This document shows positions 46,929-55,590 of a stretch of DNA of 64,000 bases, piece after piece. A program made the translations under genes and the position numbers. How positions within the stretch are numbered: the first letter of the stretch is position 1; every line of letters starts with the position of its first letter. The notes under the pieces are model-generated. The model did no database searches. It was not told the origin of the DNA and saw only the letters and a list, made by a program, of their open reading frames with translations. This DNA is from an uncultured Phycisphaeraceae bacterium (GTDB lineage Bacteria; Planctomycetota; Phycisphaerae; UBA1845), in assembly GCA_964648365.1 (NCBI GenBank), contig CAZYLK010000006.1:2322-66321 (forward strand). The letters run 5' to 3'.

Positions 46929-48710
46929 TCAATCTACAAAAACTGTGCGTTTCCCTGAGGGCTCAGAACATAAGCGCCGACCATTGCTGTCTTCCACCTT
47001 GGCGACGTGGCATTCATAGTTGCCCTTCGGCAGCGCCTTGAAATTGAGGCGTGCAAACAGGTCGTCCCCGACCGTGGCGGACTTTCGCACGGAGTCACGG
47101 CGACCGTCGCACCGCACGGTCACGCGCCCTTGCGGCACCATCGCCCACACGGTCGATCTGAGCTTGCCCTTGCGCACTGACAGATCGTGGCGTTGCACAG
47201 CTTCGCACGCGCCGCAGTACAGCTTGATCAGATAGGCGTCATGCTGCCCGTTAGAGCGGCCGGCGTCCACGCCGATACTTGGGTCGAAGTCCATGTTCAG
47301 AGACAGGAAGTCACCCGCAATAAGGACACTCTTGCTAGTATCTATCGCGAGCCTCCTCGCATGGTCGCTCAGTTCTCCGCCCCACGTACGGGCATCCAGG
47401 TATCTTCCGTCGAGGCCATAGCGGGCAACGTAGGCGTCAAAACCACCTGCGGATGCCCGCACGTCCTCGCCGTCGTCCGGGTCGAAGTCCACGGCGTTCT
47501 GGAAGTTGCCCCCCAAGATCAGTGAGCCATCGAAGCCGATCGTCAGGCCGGAGTCGATGCCCTGACCGCCAACCGTGACGGCCCAGCGGTAGGTTCCGTT
47601 CGCCGCAAGACTGATAAGAAACATATCCGAGAACCCGGCCGACCGCCGCAGGTCGCCCCGGCCGAATTCGTCGAAGTCCACTATGTCGACAAAGGCTCCG
47701 GTCACGTACACCGTGTCATCGTCACCAACAACCACATCCCAGGCGTGATCCAGATCCTCTAACCCCCCAGCCGTATACGTCCAGCGGTAATCCCCGTCGG
47801 CACTGAGCGTGGTCACAAACAGATCGCTTTCACCATGAGAGTGGCGAACATCTCCTTTTCCGGTCGGGTCGAAATCGACGGTCCGACGGAAACGCCCTGC
47901 GACAAGGATGTCGCCTTCCCCGTTCGCCGTCACGCAAAGTGGAACATCGGTCTCCGCGCCGCCCCAGGCGCGAGCCCACAGAAAGTCGCCGCGGGACGAA
48001 TACTTGGCCACAAATACGTCGGTTGCGCCGTTAGAGGTGAGCTTCTCCCGCGCGCGCCCGGGGTCGAAGTCCACCGTCTCTCGAAACCATCCTACGCAAA
48101 TGATATCCCCCATCGGGTCGATGACTACGTCCGTGCCGAACTCGTTCAACGAGCCGCCGGCCGTCACGGTCCACCGATAAGAGCCATCCGTGTCGAACAC
48201 CGTCAGGAAGAAATCGCTCTCGTCGGTCGCCGACCGGCGGCTGTCTCGCGACTTCGTCGGATCAAAGTCCACCTTGCCGCCAAAACTGCCCATCACCGCG
48301 ACGCGCCCATCCCGCTCGAAAACACCATGGGCCCCGGCGTAGCCGCGCCCGCCCCCGGCGGAAGCCGTCCATCGGTGGACGCCGGCGGGTGAGAAACTGG
48401 AAACGAAGGAGCCGCCGAACTCATGCGGCGCCTTGCGAATCTGCTTTTCCGGGCCGGGATCAAAGTCCACCTTCCCGGTAAAGTCACCTGCGGAGTAACT
48501 GTTCCCCGCGTCGTCAACAGCGATAGCCCTCGCCGCGTCGAACCCTTCCCCGCCCGCCGGAGCGCTCCAACCGTATTCCAGGTGCGCGCACGGGCCGTCG
48601 CCGGTCGCAGCGCCCGCGGTGGGAACTGCCCCCCCGTCAGTAGGGCGTGCAACCGCCGCAGCCGCGACGGCAAGCGTCAAAACCACAACCACACTGCGCC
48701 GTCCGTGCAT
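46929..48710 (-). CDS. secreted SBBP-type beta-propeller repeat protein, paralog family B (B1)
   Basis: The start is ATG 48710 with a GGAGG RBS. The signal is MHGRRSVVVVLTLAVAAAAVA. It has repeated units of the form G..D.a..v..d..G....aG.F...VDFDP........S.G..D.F(v/l). The C-terminus is a Cys-containing domain. Confidence 0.75.
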   Translation of the reverse strand: MHGRRSVVVVLTLAVAAAAVARPTDGGAVPTAGAATGDGPCAHLEYGWSAPAGGEGFDAARAIAVDDAGNSYSAGDFTGKVDFDPGPEKQIRKAPHEFGGSFVSSFSPAGVHRWTASAGGGRGYAGAHGVFERDGRVAVMGSFGGKVDFDPTKSRDSRRSATDESDFFLTVFDTDGSYRWTVTAGGSLNEFGTDVVIDPMGDIICVGWFRETVDFDPGRAREKLTSNGATDVFVAKYSSRGDFLWARAWGGAETDVPLCVTANGEGDILVAGRFRRTVDFDPTGKGDVRHSHGESDLFVTTLSADGDYRWTYTAGGLEDLDHAWDVVVGDDDTVYVTGAFVDIVDFDEFGRGDLRRSAGFSDMFLISLAANGTYRWAVTVGGQGIDSGLTIGFDGSLILGGNFQNAVDFDPDDGEDVRASAGGFDAYVARYGLDGRYLDARTWGGELSDHARRLAIDTSKSVLIAGDFLSLNMDFDPSIGVDAGRSNGQHDAYLIKLYCGACEAVQRHDLSVRKGKLRSTVWAMVPQGRVTVRCDGRRDSVRKSATVGDDLFARLNFKALPKGNYECHVAKVEDSNGRRLCSEPSGKRTVFVD

Positions 48711-48759
48711 GATATCGCACCTCCAGTCCCGTTCGACTTCGAAGTCAGTGGCCATTCCT

Positions 48760-50484
48760 TCAGTCGATGCTGATATTGCGAACTCCTGAAGGCTGCGAAC
48801 AAAGCCGCTGCCCGTCGGCAGCCTCGACTTTGGCGACGTGGCATTCATAGTCACCCTTACGGGCATCCTTGAACCTGATGTCTGCAACAAAGTCCCCCCG
48901 GACGGCGCCAGTTTTTCGGAGTAGGCCCTGGCGCGACTCGCACTCGACGGTCACGCGCCCGCGCGGCGCCAGCGCCCACACTCGCGAAAAGAGTTTGTCC
49001 TTCCTGAGAGAGAGATCGTGCCGCTCGATGGCTTCGCAGGAGCCGCAGAAGAGCTTGACCACGTAGGCGTCGTCCTGACCATTGGAATCACCCGGGTCGA
49101 TGCCGATGCCAGGATCGAAGTCCATACTCAAGGACTCGAACTCGCCGGCCACGAGCACGTTGCCATCGCGGTCGACCGCCAGCCCCCGGGCGGCATCCGA
49201 CAATTCGCCGCCGAAGGTTCGCGCGCCTGCGTAGCTGCCGTCGAGCAGGTAGCGCGCGACGAAAGCGTCCCACACCCCCGACGACGTGCGCACGTCTTCA
49301 CGCTCGCCGGGATCGAAGTCCACATCCTTGCTGAAACCACCTGCAATCAGGAGGGAGCCGTCGAGCGCGATCGTCCAGCCGAAATCGATGCTCGGCCCGC
49401 CGACTGTGACGCCCCAGCGATAGTCACCATCGTCAGTCAGGCTGATGAGGAAGATGTCCGAGAACCCCGCCGACCGCCGCACGTCACCTTGGCCGAACTC
49501 GTCGAAGTCGACAGTCTGTTCAAAGGAACCTGTGACGTAGATGTTGTTGTCGTCACCGGCGACGACATCCAGTGCATGGTCGAGATCGTCAGCGCCTCCT
49601 GCCGTATACGTCCACAGGTAGTCCCCCTCGGCACTGAGCCTAGTCACGAACAGGTCGCTCTCGCCGTGAGACTGCCGCACGTCTCCCGTTCCCCGCGGGT
49701 CGAAGTCGACCGTCTCCCGGAAGTGGCCCCCGACGATGACATCGCCATTCGGCGCAGTCGTCACGCTGTATGGAACATCAGTTTCCGCGCCGCCCCAGCT
49801 TCGAGCCCAGAGGAAATCTCCGCGCGAAGTGTACTTGACGACGAATGCGTCAGACTCTCCGTTCGCCCGCAGCTTTTCCCGGCCGCGCCCGGGATCGAAG
49901 TCCACGGTCTCGTTGAAAGAGCCGACACAGATGATGTCCCCAGTGTGATCTATGACGACATCCCTGCCAAATTCCGTAGAGGGGCCTCCTACGGTCACGG
50001 TCCACCGGTAGTCGCCGTTCGTCTTGAAAGTCGTCAGGAACATGTCACCCGACGGTGAACGTCGGGTGTCCCGCGACGGACCGGGATCAAAGTCCACTTT
50101 GCCGAGGAACGGCCCGATGATGGCTACCACGCCACCTTGAACCGACACGCCGTGAGCCGAGGCGTGGCCGTCGCGGCCGCCGGCAGATGCAGTCCAACGG
50201 TGGCGCCCGTCCGGCGACAGGCTGGAGAGAAAGGAGCCGCCGAACTCATGGGGCGCTTTGCGAACCTGCTTTTCCGGGCCGGGATCAAAGTCCACCTTAC
50301 CTGTGAAGATGCCCACCGAGTAACTGTTTCCGTCCTCGTCGACCGCGATCGAGTAGGCGGCGTCGAACCCCGACCCGCCGGCGGGGGCGCTCCAGCCGTA
50401 TTCCAAGTGTGGGCATGGCCCGTCCCCCGCTGCGGTTGCAACAGCGAGCATCAACACCACAACTATAGTGCCCCGTCCAAGCAT
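48760..50484 (-). CDS. secreted SBBP-type beta-propeller repeat protein, paralog family B (B2)
   Basis: The start is ATG 50484 with an AGGAGG RBS. It shares long identical runs with B1 (FTGKVDFDPGPEKQ, RKAPHEFGGSF, HRWTASAGG, YECHVAKVE). Confidence 0.75.
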   Translation of the reverse strand: MLGRGTIVVVLMLAVATAAGDGPCPHLEYGWSAPAGGSGFDAAYSIAVDEDGNSYSVGIFTGKVDFDPGPEKQVRKAPHEFGGSFLSSLSPDGRHRWTASAGGRDGHASAHGVSVQGGVVAIIGPFLGKVDFDPGPSRDTRRSPSGDMFLTTFKTNGDYRWTVTVGGPSTEFGRDVVIDHTGDIICVGSFNETVDFDPGRGREKLRANGESDAFVVKYTSRGDFLWARSWGGAETDVPYSVTTAPNGDVIVGGHFRETVDFDPRGTGDVRQSHGESDLFVTRLSAEGDYLWTYTAGGADDLDHALDVVAGDDNNIYVTGSFEQTVDFDEFGQGDVRRSAGFSDIFLISLTDDGDYRWGVTVGGPSIDFGWTIALDGSLLIAGGFSKDVDFDPGEREDVRTSSGVWDAFVARYLLDGSYAGARTFGGELSDAARGLAVDRDGNVLVAGEFESLSMDFDPGIGIDPGDSNGQDDAYVVKLFCGSCEAIERHDLSLRKDKLFSRVWALAPRGRVTVECESRQGLLRKTGAVRGDFVADIRFKDARKGDYECHVAKVEAADGQRLCSQPSGVRNISID

Positions 50485-50526
50485 AATGGCATACCTCCTG
50501 CCACTGCGTCGCTTCCGACATACCAC

Positions 50527-50976
50527 TCAGTCGCCCAGCGTATCGAGCGCGTTATCGCCGGACGGCGTTTCCAGATGCTCGATGAGCGTGTCTTCGGTGC
50601 GCGAATTGACGACGACGTACGTGGACCTGATGTAGGCGTTAGCGCCTTCCCCCTTGAGCTTGACGCTGCCCTCGAAACGGGCCTCGCCACAGGTCAGGGT
50701 ATACCCGTTCAGATCAAGCTTGTGTCCGTCGCCGATGAACAGGCTGATGACGGTCACGTCGTCGGAGTCGAGCTTCACCGTCTCTTCCGGGTTGACGTCG
50801 TCGATTACGGCTGAGTCGTTCGCCCCCGGGGGGGCGTCCTCAACCCAGTTGTCGCCATTGCTCCAGTTCTTGTTTCCGCCGTCGCCGTTCCAATGAATCA
50901 CGGCTGCCATTACGGACTGCCCCGCCAGGGCCGTGCCGGCCACAAGAAGCACATGTCTGCGATCGCATCGTCTCAT
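50527..50976 (-). CDS. secreted protein, paralog family A (short form, A2)
   Basis: The start is ATG 50976. The signal is MRRCDRRHVLLVAGTALAGQSVMA. Motifs are IHWNGDGGNKNWSNGDNW..DSAVI and SLFIGDGH, the latter shared with A4. Confidence 0.65.
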   Translation of the reverse strand: MRRCDRRHVLLVAGTALAGQSVMAAVIHWNGDGGNKNWSNGDNWVEDAPPGANDSAVIDDVNPEETVKLDSDDVTVISLFIGDGHKLDLNGYTLTCGEARFEGSVKLKGEGANAYIRSTYVVVNSRTEDTLIEHLETPSGDNALDTLGD

Positions 50977-51013
50977 AATCGGCTCCGCCACATACAGACC
51001 GTCAATCGTCGCG

Positions 51014-52000
51014 CTAACTATTGTCGGGGCAGTCAAGCATCGTACTATGATCTGCTTCAAAGTAGATGCCGGCGGTGACCCCCAACTTGCCGCCGCGCTT
51101 GAGCTTAAGATCACCTGCCCCGTTTCCCTCGGAAGAGTACGGGTGATGAACCATCACATGGTGGCGATTGACCTGAAGTTTGCCGTAGGGACCGACAAGC
51201 AGGTCACCCCATCCCGCGAAGGCGCAGTCGACGATAAACAAGGACGGATCCTGGGCGGTGCCGCCGTCGACGCTGATCAGCCCGGCGCCACTCTTCGGGT
51301 GGCAGGTCAGCCGGATCGTTCCGCGAGCGCTCTCGTTCTTGCTCGTGTACATGGGACCATGCGCGAAGAGGATCGTATCGAAGGTAAATGACCCCTTGAC
51401 ACTGACGGTGTCTGCGATCACCAGCGTCTCGGGGGTATCATCCTGCGCGGCCACTTCTCCAGTGACCACCGCCTCCGTGTCCGCCAGCAGCGTGCCGCCG
51501 CCCTCTATTGACACCGTGTTTCCCTCGCCGACGACCAGACGCGGCGCGCTCGCCCCGGTCCCAACCGCAAAGGTCATTTCTCCGGCCACGGTGGCAATCC
51601 CGCCGCCCAGCAACCACAATTGCGAGTTCTGCTGGAGCTTGATGGAGGTGTTGCTCCCCCCAGAGAGGGAGAGTCCGTCGCGGGCCGTGATCTTAAGCAC
51701 GCGGGATCCGCTGGACACAGACTCGAAGATGAGTTCGTCCTCGCCGGATGAATAGGCGGAAATCGTCAGCGACGCGATTGTCACTTCCGCGGCGTCAAAT
51801 ATCGGATACGACGCGGACCCCGGAATCGTGACTGTATCGCTATTGCCGTACTGCCCAGGATAACCGGCGTTGTCCCAGTTGTCCGCGTTTGTCCAATTGT
51901 CGTCGCTGCCTCCGGCCGTCCACGTGTAATCCGTCGCATACGCGCCGGCGCACAGCAGCGATCCGGCGACGCAAGACCGCCACATTCGTCGTCGATCCAT
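51014..52000 (-). CDS. secreted protein, paralog family A (long form, A3)
   Basis: The start is ATG 52000. The signal ends ...SLLCAGAYA. The motif is YTWTAGGSDDNWTNADNWDNAGYPGQYGNSDTVTIP. RLTCHPKSGAGLISV matches TLTCAPKIGSGHWSV in A1. Confidence 0.7.
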   Translation of the reverse strand: MDRRRMWRSCVAGSLLCAGAYATDYTWTAGGSDDNWTNADNWDNAGYPGQYGNSDTVTIPGSASYPIFDAAEVTIASLTISAYSSGEDELIFESVSSGSRVLKITARDGLSLSGGSNTSIKLQQNSQLWLLGGGIATVAGEMTFAVGTGASAPRLVVGEGNTVSIEGGGTLLADTEAVVTGEVAAQDDTPETLVIADTVSVKGSFTFDTILFAHGPMYTSKNESARGTIRLTCHPKSGAGLISVDGGTAQDPSLFIVDCAFAGWGDLLVGPYGKLQVNRHHVMVHHPYSSEGNGAGDLKLKRGGKLGVTAGIYFEADHSTMLDCPDNS

Positions 52001-52038
52001 CTCGAAGCCCTCCGCACACAAATAAGGAAGGATAGCGA

Positions 52039-52494
52039 TCAGTTTTCCGTAGTAATCCGGGTATTGTCGTCAGTGGTGATTTCCGTAGGCGATTCCGAAT
52101 TCACCAGAATCCACTGGGCCTGAATCTTGCGGTTCGCCGTACTGCTCTGTACGGTCGTCAGACCCGTCGACGGCGTGCCTTCGATTTCCAGCACCCCACC
52201 ATCCGACCCGGTCGTTACGACAATGTCATAGTCGAGTTGGATGCCGTGCCCGTCTCCGATGAAGAGCGACGCGACGGTCAAAGCCCCCGTGTCCTGGACC
52301 ATCAGCGGCGTGGGCGACTGGTCATCCAGAATAACGCTGTCTGCGGTAGCGCCCCCCTGTCCGGGATAGCCCGAGCCGAGCCAGTTGTCGTCGTTGGTCC
52401 GGTTGCCGTTCAAAGCGCTGGCGCCCGACCAGACGTAAAGCGTTCCCGCGAGCACCGGCGCAGCAAGCGCGGCCGAAACCGCGACGATTCGCAT
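52039..52494 (-). CDS. secreted protein, paralog family A (short form, A4)
   Basis: The start is ATG 52494. The signal is MRIVAVSAALAAPVLAG. Motifs are YVWSGAS..NDDNWLGSGYPGQGGATADSVIL and SLFIGDGH. The listed ORF (to 52713) runs through the tandem repeat. Confidence 0.65.
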   Translation of the reverse strand: MRIVAVSAALAAPVLAGTLYVWSGASALNGNRTNDDNWLGSGYPGQGGATADSVILDDQSPTPLMVQDTGALTVASLFIGDGHGIQLDYDIVVTTGSDGGVLEIEGTPSTGLTTVQSSTANRKIQAQWILVNSESPTEITTDDNTRITTEN

Positions 52495-52546
52495 GATCGA
52501 TGGCGCGAAGCGAGTCGAGCGGCGGTCAGAACGCGCTACTCGTCCC

Positions 52547-52588
52547 TCGGAGGTCGGAGGTCGGAGGTCGGAGGTCGGAGGTCGGAGG
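52547..52588 (+). repeat. perfect tandem heptamer (TCGGAGG)x6
   Basis: Read directly from the sequence: six exact copies. It lies 53-94 nt upstream of the A4 start (as CCUCCGA x6 in minus sense) and 470 nt upstream of rpsA (as GGAGGUC x6 in plus sense). Confidence 0.95.
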
Positions 52589-53058
52589 TCGGAGGCCGAC
52601 ATGGGTTGATTCCTCTCTGAGAACACCGCCATTCGCGCGACCGGGCAGCCGCGCGACGTACCGAGCAGGGTCCGCCACTGAACCACTTTGGACGCTACCC
52701 GATCGCCATGCACGTGTCAAGGAAAAAAAGGGAAGACTTTTTTTGGCCCGTTCGTCACGCCTATTGTTCGTGGCACCAGTCCGCTGGAATCAGCCCGCGC
52801 GGGAAATTTGACTTGCATGCCTCCCTCGGCTAGTTATGCACGATTAAGGCAGGCAGGAGCCATGAAGCGTGCGCGGCCGGTCCGCACCTCGCGATATGCG
52901 ATCTATCCGTTGATTTCACAAGGTGTTGCAGTCCTGGCGTCCGGCGCCGAACGGACCCGACCGGGGGGTTTAATCCATTCACGGCACTCGTATCGACGCC
53001 GCACTGCGCCGCCGGCCTTCGGCGCGGCGACCCCGGCTCCACTGGCAAAGGCAATAGC

Positions 53059-54624
53059 ATGAGTGATCTACCACCGTCGGGTTCGTCGCCGCGCGACGCC
53101 GCAACGTCCGGGCCGACCTACCCGCCCCACCACGGCGAGTCGCACCCCGAGCCGCCCGCACCCGCTGACGACGGCGGCGCGGCCGACATCGATCGCGAAG
53201 TCGCCGAGGCCATGGCTCAGATGTCCGCCGACGACCTGGCGGAACTGGGCGGCGGCGTGCCCGCCGCGGCCCGACGCGGCGACCCCACCGAGCCGGGCAC
53301 CGAAACGACCGGCACCGTGGTCGGCGTGGTCGGCGAGGACGTGTTCCTCCAGTTCGGCGACAAGCTCCAGGGCGTCATGCCGCGGCACCAGTTCGGCAAG
53401 AACGAGGCCGTCGACGTCGGCCGCCGCGTGGACGTGCTGGTCGAGCGCTACGACCGCGAGAACGACCTGGTCATCTGCACCCGACAGGGCGCGGTGCAGC
53501 GGGCGACCTGGACGACGCTCAACCCGGGCATGCTGGTCGAAGGCCGCATCAGCGGCATGAACAAGGGCGGGCTGGAGGTCGACCTGAAAGGCATCCGCGC
53601 GTTTCTGCCCGCGTCGCACGTCGAGATCGGCCACGTCAAGGACATCTCGGTCTACATCGGGCAAAGCGTCCGCTGCGAAGTGCTGGAGGTGGACCGGCGT
53701 TCGAAGAACGTCACGCTCAGCCGCCGCAAGGTGCTGGAAAAGGAGCGCGCGGAGCAGGCCGAGAAGGTCCGGGCGGAACTGGCGGAAGGCCAGATCCGCA
53801 AGGGCGTCGTCGGCAACCTGACCGACTTCGGCGCCTTCGTGGACATCGGCGGCGTGGACGGCCTGATCCACATCAGCGATCTGAGCTGGACGCCGGTGCG
53901 GCGCGTCTCCGACGTCGTCACGCCCGGCCAGGAGGTCGAGGTCAAGATCCTCAAGATAGACGTCGAGCGCGATCGCATATCCCTGGGCCTCAAGCAGGTC
54001 GCGCCGGACCCGTGGACGGGCGTGGAAGACCGCTATCCGGTCGGGACGGCGCTGTCCGCCCGCGTAATGCGGGTGGCCGATTTCGGCGCCTTCGCGGAAC
54101 TGGAGCCTGGGGTGGACGGGCTGATCCCGGTCAGCGAGATGAGCTGGGGGCGGGTCAACACGCCGGCGGACGCCGTCAGCGTGGGGCAGGTCGTGCCGGT
54201 GGTCGTCATCCGGGTGGAGCCGGAGAAGCGGCGGCTGGCGCTGAGCATGAAGCAGGCGACGGCCGATCCGTGGAGCGGCGTGCTGGAGGGCTTCGAGAAG
54301 GGCCAGCTTGTCACCGGCAAAGTGACGCGGCTGGCGGATTTCGGCGCATTCGTCGAGTTGGCGCCGGGCGTCGAGGGGATGATTCACATTTCGGAGATGT
54401 CGGACCAGCGCGTCCGCACCTGTGCCGACGTGGTTCAGGTCGGGCAGACCGTGGAAACGCGCGTGCTGGACGTTGACGCGGGCAAGCGGCGGATCGCGCT
54501 GTCGATCAAGGCGGTCACGGCGGCCCCGGCGCCGGAGCCGGCCGCGGCTGAGGCGGACCACGCACATCGACCGCAGAAGAAGCGTCCGCGCCGCGGCGGT
54601 CTGTCGTCCGACTGGTCCTGGTAG
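53059..54624 (+). CDS. rpsA: 30S ribosomal protein S1 with an N-terminal low-complexity extension
   Basis: It has repeated S1/OB motifs (for example GQIRKGVVGNLTDFGAFVDIGGVDGLIHISD, GTALSARVMRVADFGAFAEL, GQLVTGKVTRLADFGAFVEL). The first ~95 aa are Pro/Ala/Asp-rich. Confidence 0.9.
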   Translation: MSDLPPSGSSPRDAATSGPTYPPHHGESHPEPPAPADDGGAADIDREVAEAMAQMSADDLAELGGGVPAAARRGDPTEPGTETTGTVVGVVGEDVFLQFGDKLQGVMPRHQFGKNEAVDVGRRVDVLVERYDRENDLVICTRQGAVQRATWTTLNPGMLVEGRISGMNKGGLEVDLKGIRAFLPASHVEIGHVKDISVYIGQSVRCEVLEVDRRSKNVTLSRRKVLEKERAEQAEKVRAELAEGQIRKGVVGNLTDFGAFVDIGGVDGLIHISDLSWTPVRRVSDVVTPGQEVEVKILKIDVERDRISLGLKQVAPDPWTGVEDRYPVGTALSARVMRVADFGAFAELEPGVDGLIPVSEMSWGRVNTPADAVSVGQVVPVVVIRVEPEKRRLALSMKQATADPWSGVLEGFEKGQLVTGKVTRLADFGAFVELAPGVEGMIHISEMSDQRVRTCADVVQVGQTVETRVLDVDAGKRRIALSIKAVTAAPAPEPAAAEADHAHRPQKKRPRRGGLSSDWSW

Positions 54625-54631
54625 TGCGATC

Positions 54632-55135
54632 ATGAAGTTCGCCCTTCTCGACCGGATCGTAGCCCTGGAGCCAGGCGCGTCCATCCGCGCGCGGAAGGCG
54701 GTCAGCGCGTCCGAGGAGTACCTCCAGGATCACTTTCCCACGTTTCCGGTGCTGCCGGGCGTGTTCATGCTGGAGGCGCTGGCGGAGGCCGCGCGGTGGC
54801 TGGTCCATGCGTCGCGGGACTTCCGGCACAGCGTCGTCTTGCTGGCGGAAGCCAAAAACGTTACATACAAGAGCTTCGTAATGCCGGGGGATACCCTGGA
54901 GGTGGACGTGGTCTGCCGCGACATGGACGAGGACCACAGTTCGTTCGCCGGTTCCGGCACGTCCAACGGCGTGGAAGTGGTCAAAGCCAGGTTCGGGCTG
55001 CGGCATTTCTCGTTGGCGCAGCGGGGGCCGCAATGGGCCCAGGTGGATCGCGAGCTGATCGCCGACGCCCGCCGTCGCTTCAGCGCCCTGCGGTCCGGCC
55101 TGGAAGCTCCGGCCGCCCGACGTACCGACGAATGA
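54632..55135 (+). CDS. FabZ/FabA-like hotdog-fold 3-hydroxyacyl-ACP dehydratase (DH1)
   Basis: The motif YLQDHFPTFPVLPGVFMLEALAEA matches the FabZ HFPxxPxxPGV...E pattern. It starts 7 nt after the rpsA stop. Confidence 0.75.
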   Translation: MKFALLDRIVALEPGASIRARKAVSASEEYLQDHFPTFPVLPGVFMLEALAEAARWLVHASRDFRHSVVLLAEAKNVTYKSFVMPGDTLEVDVVCRDMDEDHSSFAGSGTSNGVEVVKARFGLRHFSLAQRGPQWAQVDRELIADARRRFSALRSGLEAPAARRTDE

Positions 55136-55176
55136 CACACGGCCGGTCAAGCGCAAGTGAGTGGAGGTCTGATCTG

Positions 55177-55578
55177 ATGCCGCCAACCCGCGAGGATTTG
55201 TTTACCAAGGTCCGGGACGTCCTTGTCGACGCACTCGGCGTCGACGAGGACGAAGTCACGGAAGACGCCAAGCTCGAGGCGGACCTGGGCGCGGAAAGCA
55301 TCGACTATCTCGATATCGTCTTCCGCCTGGAAAAGACCTTCGGGATCAAGATCCAGAAGAACGAGCTGTTCCCCGACGACATCCTGAACAACCCGGACTA
55401 CGTCGACGGCGAAACGCTCACGCCGGCGGGTCTGGAGAAGCTCAAGGCGGCGATGCCGCACGCGGACTTCGGGGCGTTCGGAACCTCCGCGCAGGTGTCT
55501 GAGATTCCCAACCTGTTTACGGTTTCGACCATCGTCAACTTCGTCAACGCCAAGCTCGCGGAAGGCGCGGCCGCGTAG
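55177..55578 (+). CDS. acyl carrier protein, long form (133 aa)
   Basis: The phosphopantetheine-site motif is ADLGAESIDYLDIVFRLE. A GTGGAGG RBS is present. About 40 extra residues lie between helix III and the terminal helix. Confidence 0.75.
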   Translation: MPPTREDLFTKVRDVLVDALGVDEDEVTEDAKLEADLGAESIDYLDIVFRLEKTFGIKIQKNELFPDDILNNPDYVDGETLTPAGLEKLKAAMPHADFGAFGTSAQVSEIPNLFTVSTIVNFVNAKLAEGAAA

Positions 55579-55590
55579 GCCGAGGCAGTC

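Noticed and set aside
52500-52811. ORFs 52500..52811 (+), 52526..52720 (-), and the 5' extension of 52039..52713 encoding DLRPPTSDLRPPTS.
   Set aside because: The reading frames are created by the (TCGGAGG)x6 tandem repeat. The A4 homolog alignment supports the internal ATG at 52494, with its signal peptide.
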